A stretch of DNA of 63,681 bases, counting the filler, from an uncultured Methanosarcinales archaeon (GTDB lineage: Archaea > Nanobdellota > Nanobdellia > Woesearchaeales > GW2011-AR9): the NCBI GenBank assembly GCA_964434885.1. It is 5 parts of 5 records of this genome, joined end to end, with 100 filler letters (N's around TTAATTAATTAA, not from the genome) between each part and the next. Parts side by side here need not be neighbours in the genome. Positions count along the whole stretch, not along the records: positions 1 to 13,637 come from CAYSWQ010000024.1; 4 more parts are not named here. One strand, 5' to 3'. The notes beneath the pieces are model-generated. The model was not told the origin of the DNA and ran no database searches. It saw only the letters and a list, made by a program, of their open reading frames with translations. The position numbers and the translations under genes were made by a program. Positions 1 through 9,970 of this stretch are shown one piece after another. Position 1 is the stretch's first letter, and each line of letters starts with the position of its first letter.

Positions 1-1828
1 AAGCTAAAGTCTTCTTAGTCTTCTGTGTTTCATCTGTCTCATCATTAATTGCTTTCAGTTCTTTATTATATTGTTTTGTAAAAGAAGGTCTCTTTTTCAT
101 CTCTTCTAAAACTTTATCTGTTTTCTTACTTTTCAAATCCTTTTCCCACCGCTCATATGTTTTCATCCAAGTAGCTCTTTCCTTAGCGGCCTGTTTCCAC
201 ACTTTAGCACTAAACTCATCATATTGCCAAGTATCTTTTTTAATACTTTTAGGTATTGTCTTAGCTATCTTCTTCTGCACACTCGCATAATCAATTTTTT
301 TATCTGCAGGTTTAGATTTAACTGCTGCAGATTTAGTTTTTGCAGATTCAGTTACTTTCTTTTGTAAATATTTACTCGCATCTTCTCCGGTCCCACCTGC
401 AGATTTAACTGCAGATTCCAACGTATCTTTTATTGTTTCTTTCTTTTCTTTTATTTTTTTCTCTAATTCCTCTTTCTGTTTTTGCAAAGTACTCAATACC
501 TTAGGATTATTTCTGTTTTTAGAATCATCTATCTCAGACTTTTTTCTCACTAAATCTTCCTCTAAACCTTTTAAATCAGAATACACCTTACTCAATTCAG
601 TTTTTACTTTTTTAACTGATTTCCATTTTTTTTCTCGAATTGCTTTTGCTTTCTCATTATAATCTTGACGTTCTTTTTTTGCCTTTGTAACCGCATCTCT
701 AGCTTTTTCCAATTCTTCTTTAAATTTAGTTACTGAATAACTATGAGTTTTTCCCCTTTCTTCTAATTCACTTTTTATTTTTTCATCATATTTTTCAAGT
801 TCATCTTCACTAGCCCCTTCACCTAAAGCCTTTGATTTAAGCGTACGAAGTTGTTCAACTGTAGCAGTATGCTTTGCAATTTTATCTTTTTCCCATTTTT
901 CTCTTTTTCTATGAACAGTTTGAACTGCTTTCTCCAAGTTATCAACAACCCCTTCTTGCTTTTTCTCTTTACTTATCAATTCTTTATATTTAGTATCATA
1001 ATACTCTTCAACAAACTTTTCTGGTGTTTTACTAACATATGGTGCTGTTGATTGTTGTGTAGTTCCAGTTGTTACAGGGGCAGGACTAGCAACCGGAGCA
1101 GGTTTGGCTTTATCTATTGCTTTTTTAAACGCAGATTCTATTGCCACTACACCTTCACCCTCTTTTTTAGGCTTAGTAAATTTACCTTTGCTAGCTTCAC
1201 TTCTTACATAAACAACTTTCTTAGTTTTCGGATCCAATAAAACTTGTATTCCGCTATCTGTAGAATAAGATAAATATTCTTTAGTCCCATGTTTTACAAT
1301 GGTTGGATTTTTTAAAGCCACATCACCCCTAGTGGTCGGACTTTTATAAGTAAAAACTGAAGGGCTATTTTGTAATATTCTTCCTTGTTCTACTGTAGCA
1401 CCAGATTTTCCTTTCTTTGTATAAACTTGAACTACTTGGTTATTTTCTTTCATTTTCATAACCAAAAGACCTTCTTTATTTACTTCGTAAATAAAACCTG
1501 CTTCTTCAACTTTACCTTTTTCTTCCAATTCTTTTAATTGAGGAGCAGTCAATTCAGATACTTTTGATTTCTGCTCATTTGTCAATTTCACACTTCCAGA
1601 AGAACCTGTTGCTTGAGCTTGTCCTGTAGCAGCAGGTTTATTACTTGTACCAAAAATTCCTTTTCCCACCAAAGGTTTCCTTTCTTCAGAACCAAATAAA
1701 ACACAATTTAATTTATTCCAAAAACCAACACAATTTTTCTCATTAAACTCACTAGACAATGTTTCATCAACAGCAAAAACACTAAATACCAAAACCAGTA
1801 CAAGTCCCAACATCACCATCTTTTTCAT
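1..1828 (-). CDS. Large secreted or surface protein with long Lys/Glu-rich coiled-coil region; partial, runs off the window start
   Basis: ATG at 1828 overlaps the stop of the upstream gene (ATGA). It reads MKKMVMLGLVLVLVFSVFAVDE (signal peptide) and appears open to position 1. It is absent from the ORF track because it has no stop in the window. Confidence 0.8.
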   Translation of the reverse strand, partial: MKKMVMLGLVLVLVFSVFAVDETLSSEFNEKNCVGFWNKLNCVLFGSEERKPLVGKGIFGTSNKPAATGQAQATGSSGSVKLTNEQKSKVSELTAPQLKELEEKGKVEEAGFIYEVNKEGLLVMKMKENNQVVQVYTKKGKSGATVEQGRILQNSPSVFTYKSPTTRGDVALKNPTIVKHGTKEYLSYSTDSGIQVLLDPKTKKVVYVRSEASKGKFTKPKKEGEGVVAIESAFKKAIDKAKPAPVASPAPVTTGTTQQSTAPYVSKTPEKFVEEYYDTKYKELISKEKKQEGVVDNLEKAVQTVHRKREKWEKDKIAKHTATVEQLRTLKSKALGEGASEDELEKYDEKIKSELEERGKTHSYSVTKFKEELEKARDAVTKAKKERQDYNEKAKAIREKKWKSVKKVKTELSKVYSDLKGLEEDLVRKKSEIDDSKNRNNPKVLSTLQKQKEELEKKIKEKKETIKDTLESAVKSAGGTGEDASKYLQKKVTESAKTKSAAVKSKPADKKIDYASVQKKIAKTIPKSIKKDTWQYDEFSAKVWKQAAKERATWMKTYERWEKDLKSKKTDKVLEEMKKRPSFTKQYNKELKAINDETDETQKTKKTLA

Positions 1829-4800
1829 TTAGTTGTTCCTCCTGTTGTTGCTGTACTACTAGTTAAAGGTACACTTTTTGAAGTAGTTGGAGCTGTTCCA
1901 CTAGTCGGTGTTCTCCCAGTACTCCCACTAGTTCCACCCGTAGTAGAAACTACTTTCGCTCCTGTGGTTCCAGTAGTAGATTTGACTGGAGCAGTTGTAG
2001 TTTTCTTATCTTTAGCTTTATCTAAATCTTCCACCATATCACAATAAGGTGCTCCAGTAACATCTGGCCTATTCTTAACTAAACCAACCACAGTATTAAC
2101 AATATCTAAAATCTGATTAATAAATTTGACAGCTTTACATGGCAACATTACTGAACTTCCATGTTGTACCCAACATCCTGCTGCACAAGCAACTAATTCT
2201 GTTAACCCAGCCACTAAACCAACTGGACTGGAAAAAGCACCTTTTAATGCATCACCCAATGTATTCCATAACCCCGAAGGCAATATCTCTAAAAAAGGAC
2301 CAGTAAAATATTGACACTCCATCAATTCAAATAAATTATCACATGATTGTACTGTAGCTATCCCTTGAGGAACTTCTTTTTGTAAACATACTATTTTTCG
2401 ACAATGAACTTCCCTTAACTTCTCTAAATTATAAATCACTCCGGGAATACATAATCCAATAATAGAAAGATAAAAATTATCATATAAACTAGTTGCTGGA
2501 ATTCCTAAATATTTTCTAGCCGTAATAGTATTATACCCATCTAAAATATATCTTTGATAAGCAAAATACCAATTATTTTCTCCTAATGCACTTTCCAAAC
2601 CAGAAGAAGTATACTTTTTCCCTGTTTTCTTACCAGTAATTGGATCCACAGCATCGATTGCTGCCCCACCTGGCTCACAACTTAAAATCTGGATTGGAAT
2701 TTGTAAATATTTAACATACTTTAAAACACCATCTTCTGAAGTTTGTACTGTAAAACAAGTACCTTTCAAAACATTAGCTGCTACTGCTAAAGGCCCTTTC
2801 CCTTCTAATTCACTAGCTGCAGTATTAACAGTACTAGATACTAAATCATATATTCCAATCAAACCTTGAATCACATTAACAATCCTTCCAACATATCTAA
2901 CCCAATCCAAAACTTTCTTCACTACTCCAATCCATTCTGTATGGTCATAATATTCTGCTTTAGCATCATCAATTTTCTTCTTCAAATTCTCATCTAAAGA
3001 ACCATAAGAAGTAAAAGCAAAAGGTATTGGTACACCAACTTCTTGCACTTCAGCATTTTGCAAAGCAGTACTTCCAAGTTTAGAATAAATATTAAATTTA
3101 CAAGTGTAATTTACATATGCTGTCTCAAAATAATCTTTATCTTGTCCTATCTTCAAATAACTTCTAGAATCAAAAGGAGACATTTCTACAATTAAAAGTG
3201 GAGTTGGTGTCGCCGAAGTAGTACCTCCTAAATTATCAAACAAAATTTCCCTCGCTTTAGCACTAAATCCTGATTCGGGAGTACAACCAACTAAATCAAT
3301 TTTACCTGCCTCTGCTCGAGAATCTGTCTTCAATGCTATCTGCATAGCTATTCTTGAAGAAATTTGCTGTGTAGCATCAATATCAATGAAATCTCCAATC
3401 CCATAAGTAGAAACCGAAGCCACTTCCCAATAATCTGGATTTGCTTCATTGGCCACTCCCAAAATATTAACTTTATAACTTCCTTTTGATCCAGATTTAA
3501 CATTTTTAGGTTCTCTTTTCCATGTAGCAGGATTTCCTGCTGTATCATAAACCTCAATCTCCAAAGCAGCTGCCGGATCAGGACCACTTTTAATACTACT
3601 TGTTTCTAACTTACATTCCCAATATTTCTTTCCTGCATTACAATCTTGTTCAGTAAATACTGCCCAGCCAGAATAATCCATTCTATCTGCATAACCAGAA
3701 ATATCTGCTTCTGGAAATTTCTCTTTAACTTTACTATCTGGATATTTTGTTTTAGCATCTTTAACAATCTCATTCAAATCTACAAGTAACAATAAACCAT
3801 TTCCTTCATTAATTTTAAACTCCAAATTCAATTTATCAGCACTCTGCAAATAATTCTTTTTTGTAGCCGTAGAAGAAGTACCATAAACTTCCATGCTTTC
3901 TATAATTGGACCACTACTATCTACATTAACATGAATCTTAGGGATTAATTTAGAATCATAATTACCGACTTTATCTTGAAATTTAGATAAACCCACTAAA
4001 ACCTTAGGGCTTCCCCCACCATAATCAATATTCCAATTAGCCACCAAAGTGGTATTATTAAAAAAATCAGGTAATTTATCATTCTGACCATCTAATCCAG
4101 CCAAACTAGCCAACAAATCATTCTTATCTATTCCTGCTCCTTTCTCACTAATCTTTAACACTAACTGATTCATTATTCCTTTCTTTCCACTTACATAACT
4201 AACTTTTTGATAAGTTCGAGCTGTACCAAAATAAGTAGCTATGGGGTTGCTTTTATCTACATTCAAACTAGTGCTTATGGTTTGATTAACTTGATTTCCC
4301 ATTTCATCTTCAGCAGTAACAATTAAAGAAATAGTACTAGCTGGAATTACTTCAATATTATTCCAAGTACAAGTCCAGGCTCCTACAACTTTACTATCTT
4401 GAATACAACTGGCTTGACTTCCTTCGATTTTCGCTTGAGAAGATGTTGCTGTAACTTTTTTTAGATTACTTTTTTCAGTAACATTAAGACTAATATCAGT
4501 TGTATCTTTAAACTGACCAATATAAGTTCCAAAATCTTTTAATTTCAAACTATTTTTATCAATTACTGGTTTAACAAAATCGGAATAAAAACTGGTTGCT
4601 CCCGTAGTATATGTATGGCCTAAATTATCTTCTGCCCGAATCTTAATCCATCTTTTTCCTTCTCCTGTCAAATTAAGAGACAAATAACCAGAACTAGCCG
4701 TATCTAATCGATAATCATAATCACAATCTCCTGCTGAAAAATTTTGAATTGTCTTTAAAACTCCTGCCACACTATCAATAATCTCAATCTTTTTTATTCC

Positions 4801-5352
4801 AGAACAATAAGCTTTATCTTTATCTTCCACTGTAAAATCCAAAATCAATCCTTGACTAGCAGAGTTTTGTTTCACACTTTTCAGTTTAATTTGCAATGCA
4901 TCTGTAAAACCATCACTCAATTTAGTTCCATCAACTTTAATTTTATCTGAAGCACTTACACTCTGATTATTACCTAAAGAATCCAAAAAATAATAAAAAA
5001 CACTAAAATCATAAACGCCTGAAGTTATCCCATCTTTTAAGGGACTTACATATTTGCAAGTAGTTCCTAATGCTCCTCCCGAACAAGAATTAAATGAATC
5101 TTCTCTTCCCTTAACATTAATTTTAACTTGTTTAGGATCAATTGTTCCATTCGTTCCATTAATGGCACCACTTATCAAACTTTCAACTACCCAAGTATCT
5201 CCAGCCCCATCAATAAAACCTTTAAATTTTTTATCTCCGTGATTTGCAGTAATAGAAATTGAAGCAGCATAAACATCTGCTACACAAAAAGGAATACTCA
5301 TTACCAAAGCGATTATAAACAATCCAATTCCATTTAATCTTCTTTTATTCAT
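1825..5352 (-). CDS. 1175-aa secreted or surface protein: beta-rich Ig-like repeats, Cys-rich hydrophobic C-terminal region, Thr/Gly-rich tail
   Basis: N-terminal signal peptide, recurring 'AED..G/DTAGN' Ig-like ends, many Cys, T/G low-complexity tail; translationally coupled to both neighbours. Confidence 0.75.
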   Translation of the reverse strand: MNKRRLNGIGLFIIALVMSIPFCVADVYAASISITANHGDKKFKGFIDGAGDTWVVESLISGAINGTNGTIDPKQVKINVKGREDSFNSCSGGALGTTCKYVSPLKDGITSGVYDFSVFYYFLDSLGNNQSVSASDKIKVDGTKLSDGFTDALQIKLKSVKQNSASQGLILDFTVEDKDKAYCSGIKKIEIIDSVAGVLKTIQNFSAGDCDYDYRLDTASSGYLSLNLTGEGKRWIKIRAEDNLGHTYTTGATSFYSDFVKPVIDKNSLKLKDFGTYIGQFKDTTDISLNVTEKSNLKKVTATSSQAKIEGSQASCIQDSKVVGAWTCTWNNIEVIPASTISLIVTAEDEMGNQVNQTISTSLNVDKSNPIATYFGTARTYQKVSYVSGKKGIMNQLVLKISEKGAGIDKNDLLASLAGLDGQNDKLPDFFNNTTLVANWNIDYGGGSPKVLVGLSKFQDKVGNYDSKLIPKIHVNVDSSGPIIESMEVYGTSSTATKKNYLQSADKLNLEFKINEGNGLLLLVDLNEIVKDAKTKYPDSKVKEKFPEADISGYADRMDYSGWAVFTEQDCNAGKKYWECKLETSSIKSGPDPAAALEIEVYDTAGNPATWKREPKNVKSGSKGSYKVNILGVANEANPDYWEVASVSTYGIGDFIDIDATQQISSRIAMQIALKTDSRAEAGKIDLVGCTPESGFSAKAREILFDNLGGTTSATPTPLLIVEMSPFDSRSYLKIGQDKDYFETAYVNYTCKFNIYSKLGSTALQNAEVQEVGVPIPFAFTSYGSLDENLKKKIDDAKAEYYDHTEWIGVVKKVLDWVRYVGRIVNVIQGLIGIYDLVSSTVNTAASELEGKGPLAVAANVLKGTCFTVQTSEDGVLKYVKYLQIPIQILSCEPGGAAIDAVDPITGKKTGKKYTSSGLESALGENNWYFAYQRYILDGYNTITARKYLGIPATSLYDNFYLSIIGLCIPGVIYNLEKLREVHCRKIVCLQKEVPQGIATVQSCDNLFELMECQYFTGPFLEILPSGLWNTLGDALKGAFSSPVGLVAGLTELVACAAGCWVQHGSSVMLPCKAVKFINQILDIVNTVVGLVKNRPDVTGAPYCDMVEDLDKAKDKKTTTAPVKSTTGTTGAKVVSTTGGTSGSTGRTPTSGTAPTTSKSVPLTSSTATTGGTTK

Positions 5353-7814
5353 ATAAACCTCGGTTCTAAAGCTTTTCTAATTTTAGGCATTCTGGAAATG
5401 TTATTCATTTCTCCAATTATCTGTATATCTTCTATCACTTTTCCATTAATCTGCAATGGCTCTGATTTACAAGAATCGAATGCGCATCCTGCTCCAGTTA
5501 AACATAAAAACCCCTGACATTTTTCACTAGTCCAATTTAATTTCTGTGGAATTCCTTTGATGTCTTGAGCTGGCAAATAAATTATTAGCTCATCAGAACC
5601 ATACAATTGTTCTGGAGTAATTCTCAAATATGTAGCAGGTGTATCCCATTCCAGCATTCCATTAACATATTTTGACATATTAGTTTGATTAAAATTTTCA
5701 CAAGTTTGTTCTGCCCAGGTTAAAATATCATAACTAGTGCATCTAGTCTCAGCTGGAAAACTAACCAATTCTTTTAACACCATGCTCCCAGTAACCTTAT
5801 AAATTCCCGGAACTAATCTAACTTCTTTTTTCTGACTACCTCTAAAATTATCAGAGACAGAAAATACTTCTGATTCTACTTTTCTATTTTTTCCAAACAT
5901 TCTATCCAAAAAGATAGTGGCTTCTTCTTTTTTATCTAAAGCTTCTACTCCGGGAGTGAAATAATAATTATTATACTTACTTATTGATCCATTTACTTCC
6001 ATATTAAAAATTGGTTTATCTTCTGCAAACAAACCTTTATCAAAGAAACAAACTTCTTTTCCTTTCTCACAAGAAATATCTTTATAGGGAATTGGCAATA
6101 ACAAAGTAGTAATAGAAAAAGGATCCAAGGTATATTTACAATTCAAAGGTTGCATACATTTTTTCAAATTTCTCTTTTTCACAGTTACATTAATCGCTTT
6201 GACCCTATGTAATTCAACCACTTTATTAGGCATATCTTGAGATAAACCAGCTACAGGATAACCAATTAATGCAGATTTATTTCCACGATATTGGTAAGTG
6301 TCAATAGGATAAAAATTCATCAAATAATCATCTTTAAAATACGTAACTTCCCCCCCATAAATAGCTGGGTAATTACTTTCTAAATTACCTTGTTTGTTAG
6401 TAAATCCAATTTGACAATCATCTTGGTCAGGAATACTAAAACCAATTTGTACTTTTTCAATTGGTTCTTTAGTAAAACTATCTACAACTACTGTTTTTAA
6501 TATTCCTGTATCCCAATGATTCTTATCACAAGCTAACCGAGGCAAAGGTTTGGGAATGGCTGAAACAAATTTCCCTGGTTCTGGTTTTTTATTATTTCTA
6601 ACATTTCCTTCTAAAGCAAAAACAAAATCATAACCTTCTCCTCCAAAAGCTGCTGGGTCTTTCAAAGATACTAATACTGGAAAACTAATATCATAATTAG
6701 TTTCATAATGTTGTTGTCCCATCTTAAAAACACCGTATTTAACAAAAAAATGAAATGGTTTAATAACTCCTTTTTTGCTATTGGTTTTCAAATAAACTGG
6801 CCAATGAAAATAATTAAAATTGACATTTACTCCTTTTGCTCCTTTTAAAGTTAAAACTGATTGATCATAAACACCTTGATAAAAATTACTTAATGTACCA
6901 TCTGGATAAATATGGCCATAAAAATTATTGCTACCCAAAAACCTAAGTAATGGAATATAAGAAGTAAATAATCTTTGTAAATCCTTCTTAACTTTGGTTT
7001 CTGTCCAAAAAAAAGTTGGTACACTACTAAATCCAGTTGCCACAGTAGGTGGTAATTTTTGCATATCTACTCCAGAAAAAGAAGAAACAATATTCATTGC
7101 ATGGTTTTCTAAAAATGAATAATTCTTTTGAGCCTGAGTTATATGAGTGGCCAATTCATAATATTGCTTTAATTTCAAAGGTAAATTGACATAAAAAATT
7201 TTCATCTTTGTAGTAGATTCTCCTTTGGTGGCAGTTACCATCATTGTCAATTGAAAATTAACTGAACTAGTACCAACTCTTGTAAGAACTTGTTTTGACC
7301 CATATTTAACTTTAAATCCTTGGTTATCAAATACTGTATAATTTTGTAAACAATCATCTAGTTTTTCTTTAACATATCTATTCATCTGAGTTTCTATGCT
7401 CAATGAAGAATCATCTTTAGCATACAATTTTGGTTGTAATGTAGAAAAAACAATCTTATCTTCTCGATTTTGTGGAGAACTATAAAACCAGTAAGGTACT
7501 TTAGTTGGTTGTAAATTTATTCCTGCCGAATCAGTTGGTTTAACTGTAGAATACTTGCCTAAAACATCTGGATTAATATACCCTCCTTGCTGACCCAAAA
7601 TTATTAAACCCCTTTTTCCCACACTTCTTAAACAATTTTCTGTATATTTTTGAATTGGAGAAAAAGTTAAAGGGACTTTTTGTGCTACTGGAACTCCTTC
7701 TGTAGTTATCGTTTCTTTAACTGTATTTTTAGTGATATAAAAAATTCCTGCAGATAAAAATAAAAGAACTATTCCTACTATTATGAAAACTGTAATCTGT
7801 CCCCTTTTTTCCAT
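5349..7814 (-). CDS. 821-aa protein with class III (archaeal pilin-like) signal peptide
   Basis: N-terminus MEKRG|QITVFIIVGIVLL fits the PibD/FlaK-type cleavage pattern followed by a hydrophobic helix. Confidence 0.75.
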   Translation of the reverse strand: MEKRGQITVFIIVGIVLLFLSAGIFYITKNTVKETITTEGVPVAQKVPLTFSPIQKYTENCLRSVGKRGLIILGQQGGYINPDVLGKYSTVKPTDSAGINLQPTKVPYWFYSSPQNREDKIVFSTLQPKLYAKDDSSLSIETQMNRYVKEKLDDCLQNYTVFDNQGFKVKYGSKQVLTRVGTSSVNFQLTMMVTATKGESTTKMKIFYVNLPLKLKQYYELATHITQAQKNYSFLENHAMNIVSSFSGVDMQKLPPTVATGFSSVPTFFWTETKVKKDLQRLFTSYIPLLRFLGSNNFYGHIYPDGTLSNFYQGVYDQSVLTLKGAKGVNVNFNYFHWPVYLKTNSKKGVIKPFHFFVKYGVFKMGQQHYETNYDISFPVLVSLKDPAAFGGEGYDFVFALEGNVRNNKKPEPGKFVSAIPKPLPRLACDKNHWDTGILKTVVVDSFTKEPIEKVQIGFSIPDQDDCQIGFTNKQGNLESNYPAIYGGEVTYFKDDYLMNFYPIDTYQYRGNKSALIGYPVAGLSQDMPNKVVELHRVKAINVTVKKRNLKKCMQPLNCKYTLDPFSITTLLLPIPYKDISCEKGKEVCFFDKGLFAEDKPIFNMEVNGSISKYNNYYFTPGVEALDKKEEATIFLDRMFGKNRKVESEVFSVSDNFRGSQKKEVRLVPGIYKVTGSMVLKELVSFPAETRCTSYDILTWAEQTCENFNQTNMSKYVNGMLEWDTPATYLRITPEQLYGSDELIIYLPAQDIKGIPQKLNWTSEKCQGFLCLTGAGCAFDSCKSEPLQINGKVIEDIQIIGEMNNISRMPKIRKALEPRFI

Positions 7815-8029
7815 GCAAAAAGGATATATCCTTCATTTATAAAGTTAACTATATTTTACGACTATAAATCTTCTAATTTTTAATCAAAAAAAATCACCCA
7901 AAAACGTAACAACAAAAAATTTATTAATTAAGAATTTTTCCTTCCCAAAAAATCAATTACTTAATCACATCATTCTTACCAATAAATTACAAAAACTTTA
8001 TTAATCATGAACTTTTTTAACAGAAACAA

Positions 8030-8101
8030 GCGGCAGTAGTATAGTGGTTAGTATTCGGCGTTGCCAACGCTGTGACTCGGGTTCAAATCCCGACTGCCGC
8101 A
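8030..8101 (+). tRNA. tRNA-Gly(GCC)
   Basis: Acceptor GCGGCAG/CTGCCGC, anticodon arm CGGCG-TT GCC AA-CGCTG, T-loop GGTTCAAATCC. Confidence 0.97.
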
Positions 8102-8230
8102 TAGAGTGAAACGAAATGCGCGTAGTCGGTCCAAAGGGCGAAGTCCCTTTGTATACCGACTGCCACATTCTTTTTTTATTCAATTCTCCAATTTAGAAAA
8201 ATATATAAACCCCAAAATATTTCTTCTAAA

Positions 8231-8326
8231 TAGCAATCAAGTTCGAAAGAAAAGGTTGAGCTTGTCAAATCCAATTGGTTAACCTTCGAGGTTATAAAAC
8301 CTATATATCGAAAGTCTTGATTGCTA
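8231..8326 (+). ncRNA. Candidate structured small RNA (three-way junction)
   Basis: TAGCAATCAAG(8231-41) pairs with CTTGATTGCTA(8316-26), extended by TTCGA/TCGAA. There are two internal hairpins and a TATA-like ATATATAAA about 25 nt upstream. Confidence 0.4.
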
Positions 8327-8436
8327 AAATTTTATTTCTAAATATCAATTATCTTTTCCCAGTTCAAAGAACTGATTGACAGAATTGATTGCTAAAATTT
8401 TATTTCTAAATATCAATTATCTTTTCCCAGTTCAAA
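8317..8436. repeat. 52-bp perfect direct repeat (8317-8368 and 8385-8436)
   Basis: TTGATTGCTAAAATTTTATTTCTAAATATCAATTATCTTTTCCCAGTTCAAA occurs twice. Confidence 0.9.
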
Positions 8437-8438
8437 AA

Positions 8439-8723
8439 TTATTCCAACAAGAAACCATCCACACTATAAACTTCATTAAACCCTTTTTTAAGCATTATCA
8501 ATTCAGCCATAGAACTCCTATTACCAGAACGACAATAAACTAAATATTTTTTATTTCTATCTAACTTATCAATTTCTTCCTCAAAAGAAGAACTAGTTAA
8601 ATCTAAATTTATTGCTTTAGCTATGTGTTTTTCATCAAATTCTTCTTTAGTTCGAACGTCTAAAATAATTATAGAAAAATCATTTTGAATTAATTCTAAA
8701 GCTTTCCTTACAGATATTCTCAT
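8439..8723 (-). CDS. Single-domain rhodanese-like protein
   Basis: LDVRT.EEF..HI..A and active-site loop YCRSGNRS. Confidence 0.92.
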   Translation of the reverse strand: MRISVRKALELIQNDFSIIILDVRTKEEFDEKHIAKAINLDLTSSSFEEEIDKLDRNKKYLVYCRSGNRSSMAELIMLKKGFNEVYSVDGFLLE

Positions 8724-8734
8724 TTTAAAAAATA

Positions 8735-8870
8735 TGGCCCTGAGGAGATTTGAACCCCCGACCTCTGGCTGACTCAGCTACTTTTGATTTTTGACATTGT
8801 TTCAAAAGCAGTCATATAAGACTTACGCTCCTTTCGGATCAGCGCTCCAACCAGACTGAGCTACAGGGCC
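8735..8870 (-). tRNA. tRNA-Ile(UAU) with two introns (29/30: 8823-8839; 37/38: 8771-8814)
   Basis: Removing both introns gives GGCCCTG..GAGCG-CTGGT-CT TAT AA-GCCAG-AGGTC-GGGGGTTCAAATCTCCT-CAGGGCCA. Both introns form bulge-helix-bulge motifs. Confidence 0.88.
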
Positions 8871-9082
8871 ACTAATATCGGCAAACCAACCTCATTTAAA
8901 AATTTTTGTTTTTTAATCAACTTCTTCTACCACATAAAAAGATAAATTAACTTATAAATAAATTACAGGTTAAATTAGGAAAAAAAATTCACATCATTTA
9001 TAAAAAACAAGCAAAATAAAGATTTTCTACTTAATAATTAAAACAAAAGTATATAAACTATAATTCCCGTTCCTAATTCAAA

Positions 9083-9970
9083 ATGAACTTAAATCAAATC
9101 AAAAAATTAATGGAAAGAAAAAAAGGCGCCAAAAAAGGAGAAAATGGCTATTTACTAATAATTGGGGGTTCAGAAGATTACGCAGGAGCTCCTGCCTTAG
9201 CTGGTTTAGCAGCATTAAGAACAGGTTGTGATTCAGTTACTATTGCTGCCCCTGAAAAAGTAGCTTGGACCATAAACAGGTTATCTCCAGACTTAATCAC
9301 TAAAAAATTTCCAGGTTCATACTTTACTTTAAAACACGCTAAAGAATTAACTAAACTAAGTGATCGTTTTACTGCTATGTTAATCGGCAATGGTTTTTCT
9401 AGCAAATCTAATCGTTGTACTCAATACATTGTCAGAAAATCAATGCGTTTAAAAGTTATTGATGCTGATGCCTTAAAAGCACTTTCATTTAAAGACCCTC
9501 ACAACTCACTATTAACTCCTCATTTTAAAGAATTGGAACAAATGTTAATTAATAGTCGTAAAGATTTCTTATTACCAAAATTAAGAATGTCCAATCCAAA
9601 AGAAATTGGAGAAATCTTACAAGGTAATTTAAAATATTTCCTTCAAAACAACAATGTTTTAATGATTAAAGGGGCTACTGACATAATTATCTCCCGTAAC
9701 AAGATCACTTTAAACAAAACAGGCAATCCGGGAATGGCTAAAGCCGGTACTGGAGATGTGTTAGCGGGTTTAGCTGCTGGATTCTTAGCAAAAACAGAAG
9801 ATCTTTACAAAAGTGCGGTTGCTGCTTCTTTTGTTAATGGTTATGTAGGGGATCTTTTACTAAAAAAGAAAAAAGGTTATTCTTTTATCGCTTCAGACAT
9901 AATTACTGATTTAGCCAATATCAGCAAGGCAAAAGCAATTAAAAAGAAAAGACGTAAAAAGAAAGCTTAA
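9083..9970 (+). CDS. nnrD: ADP/ATP-dependent NAD(P)H-hydrate dehydratase (YjeF C-terminal family)
   Basis: KG..G..LIIGGS..Y.GAP, VIDADAL, LTPH..E and GNPGMA.AGTGDVLAG motifs. Confidence 0.92.
   Translation: MNLNQIKKLMERKKGAKKGENGYLLIIGGSEDYAGAPALAGLAALRTGCDSVTIAAPEKVAWTINRLSPDLITKKFPGSYFTLKHAKELTKLSDRFTAMLIGNGFSSKSNRCTQYIVRKSMRLKVIDADALKALSFKDPHNSLLTPHFKELEQMLINSRKDFLLPKLRMSNPKEIGEILQGNLKYFLQNNNVLMIKGATDIIISRNKITLNKTGNPGMAKAGTGDVLAGLAAGFLAKTEDLYKSAVAASFVNGYVGDLLLKKKKGYSFIASDIITDLANISKAKAIKKKRRKKKA

Noticed and set aside
851..1240. Short plus-strand ORFs
   Set aside because: They are shadows of the long minus-strand gene starting at 1828.
8001..8183. 60-aa minus-strand ORF
   Set aside because: It is antisense to tRNA-Gly.
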